A stretch of DNA of 64,000 nucleotides from a bacterium (GCA_963675295.2 CAXXKJ010000002.1:544001-608000); one strand, 5' to 3'. Shown: positions 27,082-38,315, numbered from the stretch's first letter. Notes: generated from the sequence alone by a model not told the origin. A program made the numbers and translations.

Positions 27082-27867
27082 CTATTCCTGCGGCGTCATC
27101 GTGAGGGTGAAGTCGAACACCGCGGTGTCAACATATTCGTCGAAATCGGTTTCGACGAAACCGCCGTCGGTGTTGTCGATGACGATGTAGATCTGTGTGC
27201 CGTTGGGGATGAAGGTGTCGCCGATGGCCTGGGTAATGCCGGTCGCGGCGATGGTCTCGGCCCAGACGGCCTCGAACGGTTCGCGGGCAGCGTACTTGTT
27301 GTATTCCGCGGGTTCGAGAATCAGCAGCTCGAGCTCGTAGTCGCCGGGCCAGTCGATCAGGCTCATCTCGAAGGACGGTACGGTGTCGTAGAGCAGCGTG
27401 TACGGTCCGTGGTGGAATTCCTGGTCTTCGTGCAGGGTTGCCTCGGTGTATTCGACCAGCGTGTAGGCGTCCGGCAGCGGCACGTCCATGTGGACGCCAA
27501 CGACGGCCTGTTCGAGGTCATTGTCCATTGCACGGATGGTGTCGCTGTAGGAGCCCATCGTCAGGCCGTTCCGGGTGATCGAGACGAGCACGGTGTCGGT
27601 TTCGGCTTCGGCGACGCGTCCGGTATCCGGATCGAGGAAGATCCAGTAGCTGTCGGCGTTCAACGACCATTGCAGGGTGCCGTCGCCGGTGTTGGTCACG
27701 AACAGGGTGTCGGAGCTGCGGTCGCTGCTGAAGTCGAGCGACGCGGGCGAGATCAGCATTTCCGGGTTAGGCGGATCCACGAGACGGTTGGCTTCATCTT
27801 TATCGCAACCCATCAGGGTGAGGGCCAGCAGGGACAGCAGCAGCGTGCCGGTAAACAGTCGAACCAT
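27082..27867 (-). CDS. Lipoprotein with BACON/Ig-like domain
   Basis: Lipobox LMGC; ISPASLDF..TNTGDGTLQWS..WI pattern; AAGGAG RBS. Confidence 0.75.
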   Translation of the reverse strand: MVRLFTGTLLLSLLALTLMGCDKDEANRLVDPPNPEMLISPASLDFSSDRSSDTLFVTNTGDGTLQWSLNADSYWIFLDPDTGRVAEAETDTVLVSITRNGLTMGSYSDTIRAMDNDLEQAVVGVHMDVPLPDAYTLVEYTEATLHEDQEFHHGPYTLLYDTVPSFEMSLIDWPGDYELELLILEPAEYNKYAAREPFEAVWAETIAATGITQAIGDTFIPNGTQIYIVIDNTDGGFVETDFDEYVDTAVFDFTLTMTPQE

Positions 27868-28048
27868 CGGTCATCTCCTTGGCAGATCGTCGGGCCGGCC
27901 AATGTACTGTGGGGGGAGGCAAACCCGAGGCTTTGAATTAATATAGGCGGGTTTGACGGGTGCGCAAAGGGATTCGCTCGGATCGTGAGAAGATCGTCAG
28001 TCATTTGCCCATCTACCAGCTGTCCTTTATGTGAAATCTGCACAAAAC

Positions 28049-28132
28049 TAGGGACAGACCCATATAAATGAAGCAAAGTAGTAATCGGCTGAAACCCAGT
28101 ACTGGTAACAAATTAAATGGGGTCTGTCCCTA
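28049..28132. repeat. MITE/REP-like element with terminal inverted repeats
   Basis: TAGGGACAGACCCAT ... ATGGGGTCTGTCCCTA flanking an AT-rich core. Confidence 0.6.
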
Positions 28133-28180
28133 ATAAAAATATGACCGAAACGAGCGATACGAATGGTGGAAGGCGACAGG

Positions 28181-29230
28181 TCAGAAAGTGGTGGAGGATT
28201 CAGCCATCTCACGAATCCACTTGGTGGCGTGGTCGGATTTGGTGTCGAAATCCGGGGGCAACGGTGGCAGGTGGTTGAACAATCCCAGCTCCATCAGGTA
28301 CGTGCGGATCGCCTCCAGCCGTGCCCAGCCCAGCGCAATCTCGAACATCTCTGGCAGGGTGCTGTCCGCGACCAGGGATATGCGTTCGGGGAGCGGACCG
28401 TACCCGGGTGATGGCACATTTGCTTCTTCGAATGCCAGCGCGGCCTTGTGCGCGGACTCGATGTAGGTACCGAGGTGTTGCCTGAGGAGATCGTAGGACA
28501 TCAGGTAGCGGTTGAGGTACGCTTCCTTGCGCCATTTGATGAACATGTCGACCAGCGCGCGTCCGACGGATTTTTCACGTTCCCGGTAGGCTGTGTACCG
28601 AAAATAGTGGTCGTGAATCACGACGGAGTCGCGTGCGAACACGATCCGTCCTCCCGCCAGCCGCCAACGCAGGCCGAAGTCGGTATCCTGCATGCCGTAG
28701 GGGAGTTGTTCGTCGTAGCCGCCGAGGGTCAGGAAGCGGTCACGTTGGACGAGAGCGTGCGGGGCGTAATGCAGGCCGGGGTCGAGGTTGTTTGGGTCGG
28801 CGATGTTTTCGAACGTGAATTGCAGGCCGGAGTCGAGCACATGCCGCACGAACGCGTCCCCGGTTTGTGCCGGTTCATGTTCGATGAAGCCCTGCACCAG
28901 CGGATCGTCAAACTGCTGGTAGCGGTTGAGCAGATGGAACAGCGCGCTCGGCTTGGGGGTCATATCCTGCGCGAGCAGCCACAGCAGGTCGCCGCGGGCG
29001 TAACGTGCGCCACGGTTGGTGGTCGCGGACTGGCCTCGGCGTTCGTCGGAAATCACCATCACCGGCAGGGTTTGCCCGGCGGAGATATCCGGCTCCTGGT
29101 CGTGACCGTCACAGGAGATGACGACGTCCAGGTTGACTCCGGCAGGCAGTTCGAGGTGGGTTAATGCCTGGAACGTTGCCGGCAGTGTGTCGTGACCGTT
29201 GTAGAACGGGATGACGGCGGTAATCTGCAT
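28181..29230 (-). CDS. Family 2 glycosyltransferase
   Basis: AVIPFYNG, GQSATTNRG, LGGYDEQLPYGMQDTDFGLR. Confidence 0.85.
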   Translation of the reverse strand: MQITAVIPFYNGHDTLPATFQALTHLELPAGVNLDVVISCDGHDQEPDISAGQTLPVMVISDERRGQSATTNRGARYARGDLLWLLAQDMTPKPSALFHLLNRYQQFDDPLVQGFIEHEPAQTGDAFVRHVLDSGLQFTFENIADPNNLDPGLHYAPHALVQRDRFLTLGGYDEQLPYGMQDTDFGLRWRLAGGRIVFARDSVVIHDHYFRYTAYREREKSVGRALVDMFIKWRKEAYLNRYLMSYDLLRQHLGTYIESAHKAALAFEEANVPSPGYGPLPERISLVADSTLPEMFEIALGWARLEAIRTYLMELGLFNHLPPLPPDFDTKSDHATKWIREMAESSTTF

Positions 29231-29548
29231 GGGACAAAGCTACGGGTTGAAAGTGCTGCGAGCCAGCGGTGCCGAAAGCGGGTGATCCGCCGGGGGCTCC
29301 AGATGCGAATCGTTTTCTTGAACCCCTGCGTATGCCCGACTATTTTACCGCCTCGTCAGTCCCCTCCGTAAATTGCATTGTCAGGCCATTTGAAACGGTA
29401 TCCGTCTTTCCGTAGCGGTGTCGCTCGGGAGGACGGCTTGTGCGTTTTGCAAGGTCGAGGGGGAGCGAATCCGGCTGTATTTTCTGGTCCCCATCAGCCG
29501 GTTGGGCGCCGGTTGGAAAAACGAGATTTCATCACCTGCTTACGATAG

Positions 29549-30559
<1,011 letters not shown>

Positions 30560-30563
30560 GTCT

Positions 30564-30640
30564 GGACTGCGGACTGCGGGCTGCGGTCGCGGCTACAGGA
30601 TTGATTTCATCGGGGACACTTTGAGGACAAAGTGTCCCCG
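30564..30640. repeat. Heptamer array plus 13-bp-stem palindrome in the gap-pgk spacer
   Basis: GGACTGC GGACTGC GGGCTGC; CGGGGACACTTTG-AGGA-CAAAGTGTCCCCG. Confidence 0.65.
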
Positions 30641-30682
30641 GCTTTACCCTTGCGCAGGCGTTACCCTTACGTGGGCACAATC

Positions 30683-31894
30683 ATGGCCAACGAATTCAAC
30701 AAGATGACGCTTGACGACGTCAATGTCGCGGGCAAGAAGGTGTTGATGCGGGTCGACTTCAACGTTCCGCTCAACGACGAACTGGAAGTCACCGACGACG
30801 CGCGTATCCGTGCGGCGTTGCCGTCGATCCAGAAGGTGATCGGCGATGGCGGTCGTCTCATCCTCGCCAGCCACCTCGGCCGTCCGAAGGGCGAACCGGA
30901 CCGCAAGTTCAGCCTGCTTCCGGCGGCGCAGTCGTTGAGCGAACTGCTCGACAAGCCGGTCAAGCTGTTGCCGGACACGATCGGCCCGGAGGTGATGCTG
31001 TATGTCGAGCAGATGAAGGACGGCGACGTCGTGCTGCTCGAGAACACGCGTTTCCACGATGGCGAGAAGAAGAACGATCCGGATTTCGCGGCGTCAATGG
31101 CGCGTCTCGCGGACATGTATGTCAACGACGCGTTCGGCAGCGCGCACCGTGCGCACGCCAGCACCGAGGGCGTGACGAAGCATCTCAGTCCGTGTGTCGC
31201 CGGCTACCTGATGCAGAAGGAAATCGAGTATCTCGGCAAGGCGATCGCGGACCCGAAGCGGCCGTTTGTCGCGGTGCTCGGCGGTGCGAAGATCAGCGGC
31301 AAGATCGACGTGATCCAGAATCTGCTGAACAAGGTTGATACCATTCTGCTCGGTGGCGCGATGACCTTCACGTTTGACAAGAAGGAAGGTCTCGCGGTTG
31401 GCGGATCGCTGGTCGAGGATGATCGTCTCGAGATGGCGGGCGAACTGCTGGACGCGTTCAAGAGCGCGAAGGCAGAAGTTCTGTTGCCAACGGATTACAT
31501 TGCCGCCGACAAGTTCGCCGCGGATGCGAACACGAAGACGGTCAAGCGTGGCGAAATCGAAGACGGTTGGTCAGGTCTGGACATCGGTCCTGAGACCGCT
31601 GCGAAATACGCCGAAGTGGTGAAGAACGCCGGAACGGTCGTCTGGAACGGCCCGATGGGTGTGTTCGAGATGGACCCGTTTGCGGCGGGCACGCGTGCTG
31701 TTGCTGAGGCGATGGTTGCGGCGACGGAACAGGGAGCCGTTACGGTGGTCGGTGGTGGCGACAGTGCCTCCGCAATCGCGACCTTTGGGCTCAAGGAAAA
31801 GGTGTCGCATGTGTCGACCGGAGGCGGTGCGTCCCTCGAGTTTCTTGAGGGGAAGACGTTGCCGGGACTGGCGGCGCTGACCGACAAGGCGTAA
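30683..31894 (+). CDS. pgk: Phosphoglycerate kinase
   Basis: [51 protein letters not shown]. Confidence 0.98.
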   Translation: MANEFNKMTLDDVNVAGKKVLMRVDFNVPLNDELEVTDDARIRAALPSIQKVIGDGGRLILASHLGRPKGEPDRKFSLLPAAQSLSELLDKPVKLLPDTIGPEVMLYVEQMKDGDVVLLENTRFHDGEKKNDPDFAASMARLADMYVNDAFGSAHRAHASTEGVTKHLSPCVAGYLMQKEIEYLGKAIADPKRPFVAVLGGAKISGKIDVIQNLLNKVDTILLGGAMTFTFDKKEGLAVGGSLVEDDRLEMAGELLDAFKSAKAEVLLPTDYIAADKFAADANTKTVKRGEIEDGWSGLDIGPETAAKYAEVVKNAGTVVWNGPMGVFEMDPFAAGTRAVAEAMVAATEQGAVTVVGGGDSASAIATFGLKEKVSHVSTGGGASLEFLEGKTLPGLAALTDKA

Positions 31895-31956
31895 GCAAAC
31901 TGCATCGTGCAGTGGGGTGGAACCCGCGGCAGGCTGCGCGGGGCAAAACGGGGCCA

Positions 31957-32715
31957 ATGATGCGCACTCCCCTGATTGCAGGCAATTGGAAGATGAACCT
32001 GCTGCGTGCGGAAGCTCGCAGTCTGACGGAAGCGGTGTCGGAGACGGCGTCCTCGGTGAAGAACGTCGAGGTGCTGCTGTGTCCGCCGTTTGTGTTGCTG
32101 GACACGGTTTGTGACGCCATCGGCGACGGTCCGGTGAAGCTCGGCGCGCAGAATGTGTACAACGAGCCGAGTGGGGCGTACACCGGTGAAATTTCGGCGA
32201 AGATGCTGGTCGATGCCGGCTGCGGCTTTGTCATCATCGGCCACAGCGAACGGCGCCAGTTCTTCGGCGAGACGGATGCCAGCGTGCGGCACAAGGTGAA
32301 GGCGGCGCTGGATGTGGGCCTGACCCCGGTGGTTTGTGTCGGCGAAACGTTGGACGAGCGCGAGGACGGCAGCACGGCGCTGGTGATCGAACGCCAGGTC
32401 AACGGCGCGCTGGAACGGTTCAAGCCGGAAGAAGTGCAGAAGATGGTGATCGCGTACGAACCGGTGTGGGCGATTGGCACCGGCAAGACCGCGACGCCGG
32501 ACACCGCCCAGGAAGTGCATGCGTTTATCCGCAACTGGCTGAAGAAAACGTTCGGCAAGCAGGTCGCGGCGGAGATGCGGATTCTGTATGGCGGGTCGAT
32601 GAAGCCGTCCAACGCCGAAGAACTGCTGTCTCAGCCGGACATCGACGGCGGCCTGATCGGTGGAGCGAGCCTTAAGGCGGACGATTTCTCCGCGATCATC
32701 AAGGCGGCGGACTAG
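31957..32715 (+). CDS. tpiA: Triosephosphate isomerase
   Basis: AGNWKMN, IIGHSERR, AYEPVWAIGTG, LYGGS, LIGGASL. Confidence 0.98.
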   Translation: MMRTPLIAGNWKMNLLRAEARSLTEAVSETASSVKNVEVLLCPPFVLLDTVCDAIGDGPVKLGAQNVYNEPSGAYTGEISAKMLVDAGCGFVIIGHSERRQFFGETDASVRHKVKAALDVGLTPVVCVGETLDEREDGSTALVIERQVNGALERFKPEEVQKMVIAYEPVWAIGTGKTATPDTAQEVHAFIRNWLKKTFGKQVAAEMRILYGGSMKPSNAEELLSQPDIDGGLIGGASLKADDFSAIIKAAD

Positions 32716-32736
32716 CCGGAGACTTACTTGTATGAC

Positions 32737-32767
32737 GTGCCCGTGTCAAAAAACTTGCAGACGCGGA
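32737..32767 (-). repeat. CCGCGT..ACACGGGCAC palindromic repeat copy
   Basis: Minus strand TCCGCGTCTGCAAGTTTTTTGACACGGGCAC. Confidence 0.8.
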
Positions 32768-32970
32768 GGAACCGGACGCATTCAAGGACGGATCTTCCCT
32801 GTTGGCGGAGTCCTCAGGGGGCACGATAGCACGACGACAAATGTTCGTGGATGAAACACGATGAGAGCGGCTCCGATTTTTCGTGTTGAGCCAGTGCTCA
32901 GAACCACTTGCGGTTTCGGGAGGTCTCGCTTATCTTGCGAGGCCTTTGCCGGAACGATAGGAACCTAACA

Positions 32971-33411
32971 ATGCTCTACGGATTCTTTCTGATCATTCAT
33001 ATCATCGTCAGCGTCATGCTGGTGGTTGCGATCCTGATGCAGGCATCCAAGGGTGGTGGCCTCGCGGGTATCGCTGGTGGTGCAGTTGGCGCGAGCAACC
33101 AGATGTTCGGCGGCCGTCAGGCTGCGGGCATGTTGCACAAGGTGACGATTGCGCTCGCGTTGGTGTTCGGCATCAACGCCTTGCTGCTTGGCGGCTTGTC
33201 GCGGACAAGCAGTGCGCCGCGTTCGGCGACGCTGGAGGCGATTCAGTCGGAATCCAGCAGTCCGCTCGATTTCCTTGGCGATGCGGCGATTGATCCGACG
33301 GATGCGCAGATGCAGCAGGCGGAAGATACGGTCCCGACTCCAACGGACGACGGTGGTGACAACGGTGACCAGCCGGCGGAAGGTGGCGAGACGGCCACAC
33401 CACAGTTGTAG
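32971..33411 (+). CDS. secG: Preprotein translocase subunit SecG with acidic C-terminal tail
   Basis: Two TM helices around ILMQASKGGGLAG; classic tpiA-secG-tRNA-Leu order. Confidence 0.93.
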   Translation: MLYGFFLIIHIIVSVMLVVAILMQASKGGGLAGIAGGAVGASNQMFGGRQAAGMLHKVTIALALVFGINALLLGGLSRTSSAPRSATLEAIQSESSSPLDFLGDAAIDPTDAQMQQAEDTVPTPTDDGGDNGDQPAEGGETATPQL

Positions 33412-33442
33412 CGATGTTTCCGGCGTCCAGCCGGGTTGCAAT

Positions 33443-33525
33443 GCCCGAGTGGTGAAATTGGTAGACACGCAGTGTTGAGGGCGCTGTGCTCAATGGGCGT
33501 GCCGGTTCGAGTCCGGCCTCGGGCA
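33443..33525 (+). tRNA. tRNA-Leu (anticodon GAG)
   Basis: Acceptor GCCCGAG/CTCGGGC, anticodon arm CAGTG-TTGAGGG-CGCTG, long variable arm, GGTTCGAGTCC T-arm; CCA not encoded. Confidence 0.95.
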
Positions 33526-33539
33526 CTTTCGATTGTGAG

Positions 33540-33571
33540 ACGCGTGGATGAGTGATCATCCGCGCGTTTTT
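33540..33571 (+). terminator. Terminator after tRNA-Leu
   Basis: ACGCGTGGATGA-GTGA-TCATCCGCGCGT followed by a T-run. Confidence 0.75.
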
Positions 33572-33670
33572 CGTTGTTGGACGCAACTGAAGCCAAAGAT
33601 GCCAAGGACGCAAGAGATGTAAAAGACAGGAAAAGACAGGAACAACCCTTCCCGGGACAGATTCTTTAGG

Positions 33671-33761
33671 TCCGCGTCAGCAAGTTTTTGACACGGGCAC
33701 ACCGTGTTTCCACAGCCCTTCGCCCATCGCCTACAGCCCATAACCAACAGCCTATAGCCCA
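33671..33761. repeat. CCGCGT..ACACGGGCAC repeat copy plus degenerate heptamer array x7
   Basis: TCCGCGTCAGCAAGTTTTTGACACGGGCAC (33671-33700); CAGCCCT TCGCCCA TCGCCTA CAGCCCA TAACCAA CAGCCTA TAGCCCA (33713-33761). Confidence 0.75.
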
Positions 33762-33766
33762 TTGAC

Positions 33767-33930
33767 AAAAAATGCCGCCGAATCTTGCGATCCGGCGGCG
33801 TGTGGCATGCGCCCTCAGGCGCGCAACCTCAATACGCTCGTACTGTGATCTGTCACAGACACCACCTCCATTTCCGTTTGGTTGACGGAAAGGGGACGAT
33901 CTTGCCATCCCTGCCGGACTCTCCGGCACC
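33767..33930 (-). ncRNA. Candidate small transcript (sRNA or 13-aa sORF mRNA)
   Basis: Possible promoter TTGCAG-18-TAGTTT, five short hairpins, TGGAGGTG SD before GTG (33856-33815), terminator GCCGCCGGATC-GCAA-GATTCGGCGGC-ATTTTTT. Confidence 0.45.
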
Positions 33931-33974
33931 TCCAAACTAACGGACAGCGGGTCTTGTCTGCAAGGGTGACGGTC

Positions 33975-34012
33975 AAAAAAATGCGAATCACACGGGACCG
34001 TGCGATTCGCAT
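33975..34012 (-). terminator. Rho-independent terminator of the receiver gene
   Basis: ATGCGAATC...GATTCGCAT stem with a T-run on the minus strand. Confidence 0.75.
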
Positions 34013-34049
34013 CAGAGTTTTTCTTCCAAAACCGCGTTGCGGCAGGGTC

Positions 34050-34430
34050 TTAGTTGACGATGAACTCGTCCACCTTGCTCTTGAGGTCCTGCACGCGGAA
34101 CGGCTTGGTCAGGATGCCGTCGAAATCGGTTTTCCACTCCTCTTCGTCCAGCACGTAACCCGAGACTACCACGACCGGGACACCATTCACCAGCTTACGT
34201 GCTTCGCGGGCGAATTCGCGTCCGTCCATGTCCGGCATGTCGAGGTCGGTCAGGATCAGGTCGAAGTTCTGCGAATCCTGCAGCGCCTTGATGGCCATCT
34301 GCGCCGAGGTGAGCCCGGTGACGCTGTACCCCAGCAACTCGAGCATCATCTTCGAGGTTTCCAGAATCGCGAATTCATCGTCCAACAACAGAATGGTCCC
34401 GGTGGACGAACCTGGATGAATCCCTTGCAT
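34050..34430 (-). CDS. Single-domain response regulator (receiver)
   Basis: ILLLDDE, DLILTDLDMPDMDG, VVVSGY, LTKPF. Confidence 0.92.
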   Translation of the reverse strand: MQGIHPGSSTGTILLLDDEFAILETSKMMLELLGYSVTGLTSAQMAIKALQDSQNFDLILTDLDMPDMDGREFAREARKLVNGVPVVVVSGYVLDEEEWKTDFDGILTKPFRVQDLKSKVDEFIVN

Positions 34431-34676
34431 CGTCAAAGCATCCCCATGCAAATAAAGCAGCGGCGCATCATCACGCCAACAGGCAACAAATCGAAACCGT
34501 AAGAAACAGCCAGCAGCAGCGTGCATGCAAGAATTCGACAGGCAATGCCGAATTCTCACGAGACTGATAGCGTCGGGTGACGAAATATAGCGTACCCGAC
34601 CCCGTAAAAGTTACATGTATTATAACTTTACTCCCGAGCCACCGAGCAACAGCCGATTTCCGAGATTTGCCTCAGA

Positions 34677-35621
34677 TCACGGTTCCGCGCGTTCGAGGAA
34701 GATGTTAAACTTGTGCTGACTATACCCGCCGAATACGCCGATCCCGCCGTGAACGTTCCACTCCGGATTCTGGGTGAAGCTCGGATCCTGCTGCATGATC
34801 ACGGAGAACATGTACATGTAGTACGATTCTGACGCGGCGTTGATGTAGAGCTCGTTCCAGCCAGACCATTCGAAGAAGATCCAGGCAATGGTCATCGAGC
34901 GCTGATCGTAGCGGGCGAACGTCCAGTTGTGGCGTTGCAGCTCGTAATCTTCGAATTGATCGTCGGGGTCGTCCGGATCCCATTCCGGGTCCAGCGGAAT
35001 CAGCTCATCACGTGGCGTTTGTGCGACGATACCGAGCACGAACCCGCGCGCACCGGCGGATTCGCTCCAGTTAATGAAGACCTCATCGTCTTCGCGGGTG
35101 AGCGACATGCTGTCGATGTTCACCGGGGTCAACGGATCGCTCTTGAACGCGGCGTAGAAGCTAAAGGTGTCCGGAATGCAGGTTTCAGCCCACACGTTCA
35201 CCCCATCAGCCGGCTTGCTGGCTTCGAGACGGTAGCTCCAGGTCGGATTCACCCGGTAATTCGGGTCCGCCGGGATGTAGTCGCCGTAGCCGTCCCGTCC
35301 CGGCGCGTCGATGAACCGCAGCACCTGTCCGGCGGAATCGACGGCGGAGCTGTCGCCATCGAGAATGGGGTACAGGATAACGTCGGCGTTTTCAATGCCG
35401 AGGTTTGAGCGGTCGTAATTCTTGTTGTAGGCTTCGGTCCACTCAAGCCGGAGCGTGTCCAGCGGAGCACCCGGTTGTGCGAAGAAGAACAGGGACGCCT
35501 GCGGTTCGAAATCGTCCGCCTCGGAGGGGTTGTCTTCGCAACCCGTCAGGATGAAGGCCGCCAGCATCAGGATCAGCAGCACCTGGATGGCGTACCGCGG
35601 AAATGTCTGAGTGATCGTCAT
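34677..35621 (-). CDS. DUF4249-like lipoprotein
   Basis: Lipobox LTGC; C-terminal NVHGGIGVFGG; 2 bp downstream of the TonB-dependent receptor. Confidence 0.75.
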   Translation of the reverse strand: MTITQTFPRYAIQVLLILMLAAFILTGCEDNPSEADDFEPQASLFFFAQPGAPLDTLRLEWTEAYNKNYDRSNLGIENADVILYPILDGDSSAVDSAGQVLRFIDAPGRDGYGDYIPADPNYRVNPTWSYRLEASKPADGVNVWAETCIPDTFSFYAAFKSDPLTPVNIDSMSLTREDDEVFINWSESAGARGFVLGIVAQTPRDELIPLDPEWDPDDPDDQFEDYELQRHNWTFARYDQRSMTIAWIFFEWSGWNELYINAASESYYMYMFSVIMQQDPSFTQNPEWNVHGGIGVFGGYSQHKFNIFLERAEP

Positions 35622-35623
35622 GG

Positions 35624-37927
35624 TTAGAACCTCACTTCGTAGCCGGCCAGCGGAAGAATCGGCAGCAATTTGACTTCAGAGAACTCGATCGGGTTTGTGC
35701 CGTCTTCACGGACACGGGTCCAGATCGCCCGGCGGCTGTAGACGTTGTAGACGCTCAGCGTCAGTTTCGCGGGCAGGCCGAAGAACTTGTGGTTGTAAAC
35801 GGCGCTGACGTCGAGACGGTGATCGGCCGGATAGCGGTAGTTGTTCAGCTCGCCATAAAGCGCGGAGCGGCCGTATTCGTCGTCGTATTCCAGCCCCACG
35901 TTCAGGTATTCGGTATAGCCGGCAACGCCCTGGGTGTAACCCTGGCCGGTGTTGTAGCGCCACTGGGCTGAAATGTCCCAGTGGTCGGTCAGCCGGTACA
36001 TTGCGATGCCGATGAAGTCGTTGCGGCGGTCCCATTTCGGGGGATACCAGTCGCCTTCGTTGAGATAGCTGTTCGGGAAGCGTCGTTCGGACCAGGCGAG
36101 TGAATAGCCGAACCAACCAGTCCAGCGTCCGGATTTCTTCCGCAGCAGGAACTCGATACCATACGACTGGCCCTCGCCTTCGAGGAACGCGTCATTGAAC
36201 GAATCGCCTTCATCGATCAGCTGGTTGAACTCGAGCAACCGTTCCATGTCGTTGTAGTACGTCTCGACGGTGAATTCGTATTCCGGGTGGAAATCGTATT
36301 CCCAGCCGAGCACATACTGGTTCATGACGGTCGGGTCGGTGGTGCCATCATACGGCAGCCAGATGTCGTAGAAGCTGAGCAGGTCGCCGGCGGAGATCAG
36401 GTTGACGAACTGGTGGTAGCGTCCCCCGGCGAGCTTGAAGCGCATCTCCGGGCTGTGGTGGTAGACCAGCGCCAGCCGTGGATCGAGACCGGTGTAGTCG
36501 CCGCCTTCGTGATAGTAGGCACGGAAACCCGGCTGAATTTCGAACATCGAGTTGATGCGCCACTGGTCCTGCAGGTAGTAGGCGACGTTGTAGGTTGTGG
36601 TGTCGATGTTGATGTAGACCAGGTCTTCCGACTCCTCGCGAACTTCGGCACCGAGCTGATTGACCTGGATACCGGTCTTGAAGCGGTGGTTCTTCAGTCC
36701 CATGTATTCATAGTCGACACGCAGGGACGTATCCTCGAACCGGTTGCGGAAATCGTCCAGCAGGTTGTTTTCGCCCTCGTTGCTCTCGTCGAGGTCCCAC
36801 AATTCCGCTCCGCTGCGGTAGTAGCTGTAGACGAATCCGACGGTGAGGAACGAGGTGTTGCTCAGAACCTGGCGCAGACGGGCGGTGCCGGTACGGTTGC
36901 CCCAGTAGCTGGAGACGGACAAGCGTGCATCCGAATCGCCGAACTCGCCGAAGAAATCGTCATGGCCGAGGTAGCCGCCGATGGTCAGCGTGGTGGTGCG
37001 GCTGAGGTCGAGGTTGACCTTGGCGTTTCCGTCGTAGAAGTAGTAGTCCGGGATATCTTCGAAGTCCTCGTTGCTGCTGCGCACAGCCTCCAGCACAGGC
37101 TCGAAGTAGGTGCGACGGAAGGATGCGGCGAACGATCCCCGCTCATCCGGCAACGGCCCTTCGAGGGCTGCGCGGGCGGAGATGAGGCCGATCATCAGCA
37201 GGCCTTCGTATTTCTTGCGGTTGCCGTCGTTGGTGATCACATCGAGCACCGATCCGGCGCGGCCGCCATATTCGGCGGGGAAACCACCCTTGATCAACTC
37301 GATATGCTTGACGGCGTCAGCATTGAACGTGCTGAACAGGCCGAACAGGTGCGACGGGTTGTAGACCGTCGACTGGTCCATCAGGATCAGCGTCATGTCC
37401 GGGCTCGCACCACGGACATACAGCGCGCTTGAGAGCTCAGACGATGCCTTGACGCCGGGGATGGCCTGGATCGTGCGCAAGACGTCCATCTCGGCTCCGA
37501 GGCTCGGCATTGCGCGCAACGTGGTGCCGTCCACCGGAACGGTTGAGACACGCGGGCTTTCGCGAATGGCCTCGTCATCCTGCTTGTCGACAGTGTAGGT
37601 GACGGTTTCCAGCGCCATCGACGTTGGCAGCAGACCGATGGTCAGCATGTCCATATCTTCGTCGGTGACGGTCACCTCGACTTGTTTCGGATAGTAGCCG
37701 AGGTAGCTGACGTGCAGGATGTGTGTGCCGGGCTCAAGGCCTGGCAGGACGAAGAACCCGTCGATATTGGTCGAGGCGCCCCGCTCTTCGCCTTCGACGA
37801 CGACATTGGCCACCGGCAAGGGTTCCTCGCTGGTGGAATCGATCACAAACCCTCGCAGGGATTGTGCTGCGTGAACCGGCAGGATCGCACAGAGTGCGAA
37901 CAACAGGCCGGTGTACAAACGGCTCAT
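35624..37927 (-). CDS. TonB-dependent receptor with N-terminal carboxypeptidase-regulatory-like domain
   Basis: GFVIDSTSEEPLPVANV, LYVRGASPD, YNPSHLFGLFSTFN, GGFPAEYGGR; terminal YEVRF. Confidence 0.92.
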   Translation of the reverse strand: MSRLYTGLLFALCAILPVHAAQSLRGFVIDSTSEEPLPVANVVVEGEERGASTNIDGFFVLPGLEPGTHILHVSYLGYYPKQVEVTVTDEDMDMLTIGLLPTSMALETVTYTVDKQDDEAIRESPRVSTVPVDGTTLRAMPSLGAEMDVLRTIQAIPGVKASSELSSALYVRGASPDMTLILMDQSTVYNPSHLFGLFSTFNADAVKHIELIKGGFPAEYGGRAGSVLDVITNDGNRKKYEGLLMIGLISARAALEGPLPDERGSFAASFRRTYFEPVLEAVRSSNEDFEDIPDYYFYDGNAKVNLDLSRTTTLTIGGYLGHDDFFGEFGDSDARLSVSSYWGNRTGTARLRQVLSNTSFLTVGFVYSYYRSGAELWDLDESNEGENNLLDDFRNRFEDTSLRVDYEYMGLKNHRFKTGIQVNQLGAEVREESEDLVYINIDTTTYNVAYYLQDQWRINSMFEIQPGFRAYYHEGGDYTGLDPRLALVYHHSPEMRFKLAGGRYHQFVNLISAGDLLSFYDIWLPYDGTTDPTVMNQYVLGWEYDFHPEYEFTVETYYNDMERLLEFNQLIDEGDSFNDAFLEGEGQSYGIEFLLRKKSGRWTGWFGYSLAWSERRFPNSYLNEGDWYPPKWDRRNDFIGIAMYRLTDHWDISAQWRYNTGQGYTQGVAGYTEYLNVGLEYDDEYGRSALYGELNNYRYPADHRLDVSAVYNHKFFGLPAKLTLSVYNVYSRRAIWTRVREDGTNPIEFSEVKLLPILPLAGYEVRF

Positions 37928-38315
37928 ATCCTACTCCTGATCTGGGAAAGAAAGAGGTGGGTGCGAAGTTGCCCCGGAGACTTCACGATCACGTACGATT
38001 AGGACGTCCCTTTCGCGGTGGAAGGTTACAACAGACAGGCCGGGATCTCCAATTCGTCTCTCGTTGAGTGCTCTCAGGGGAAAGATTGTGGCCAAATTGT
38101 TCGCGACTTCACAATCATAGTAACGGATATGGACGCAGATTCGCCAAGTTCAGGCACGAATGTGAGAGCTTCGTGAATGCGGTGGTACTGGAGGGCTGGA
38201 ACGGGGCTGGGTGTGATCTCGCATGGAGTTGACCTGAGTGAGATCTGGCGGGTGGTCTTCAAACAATTCATTGCTACATTAGCACATGCAATCAAGCGTA
38301 GACTGAGGTAGCATC

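Noticed and set aside
33443-34050. tRNA-Leu as an integration site of a genomic island
   Set aside because: No integrase and no duplicated tRNA 3' end seen in the window.
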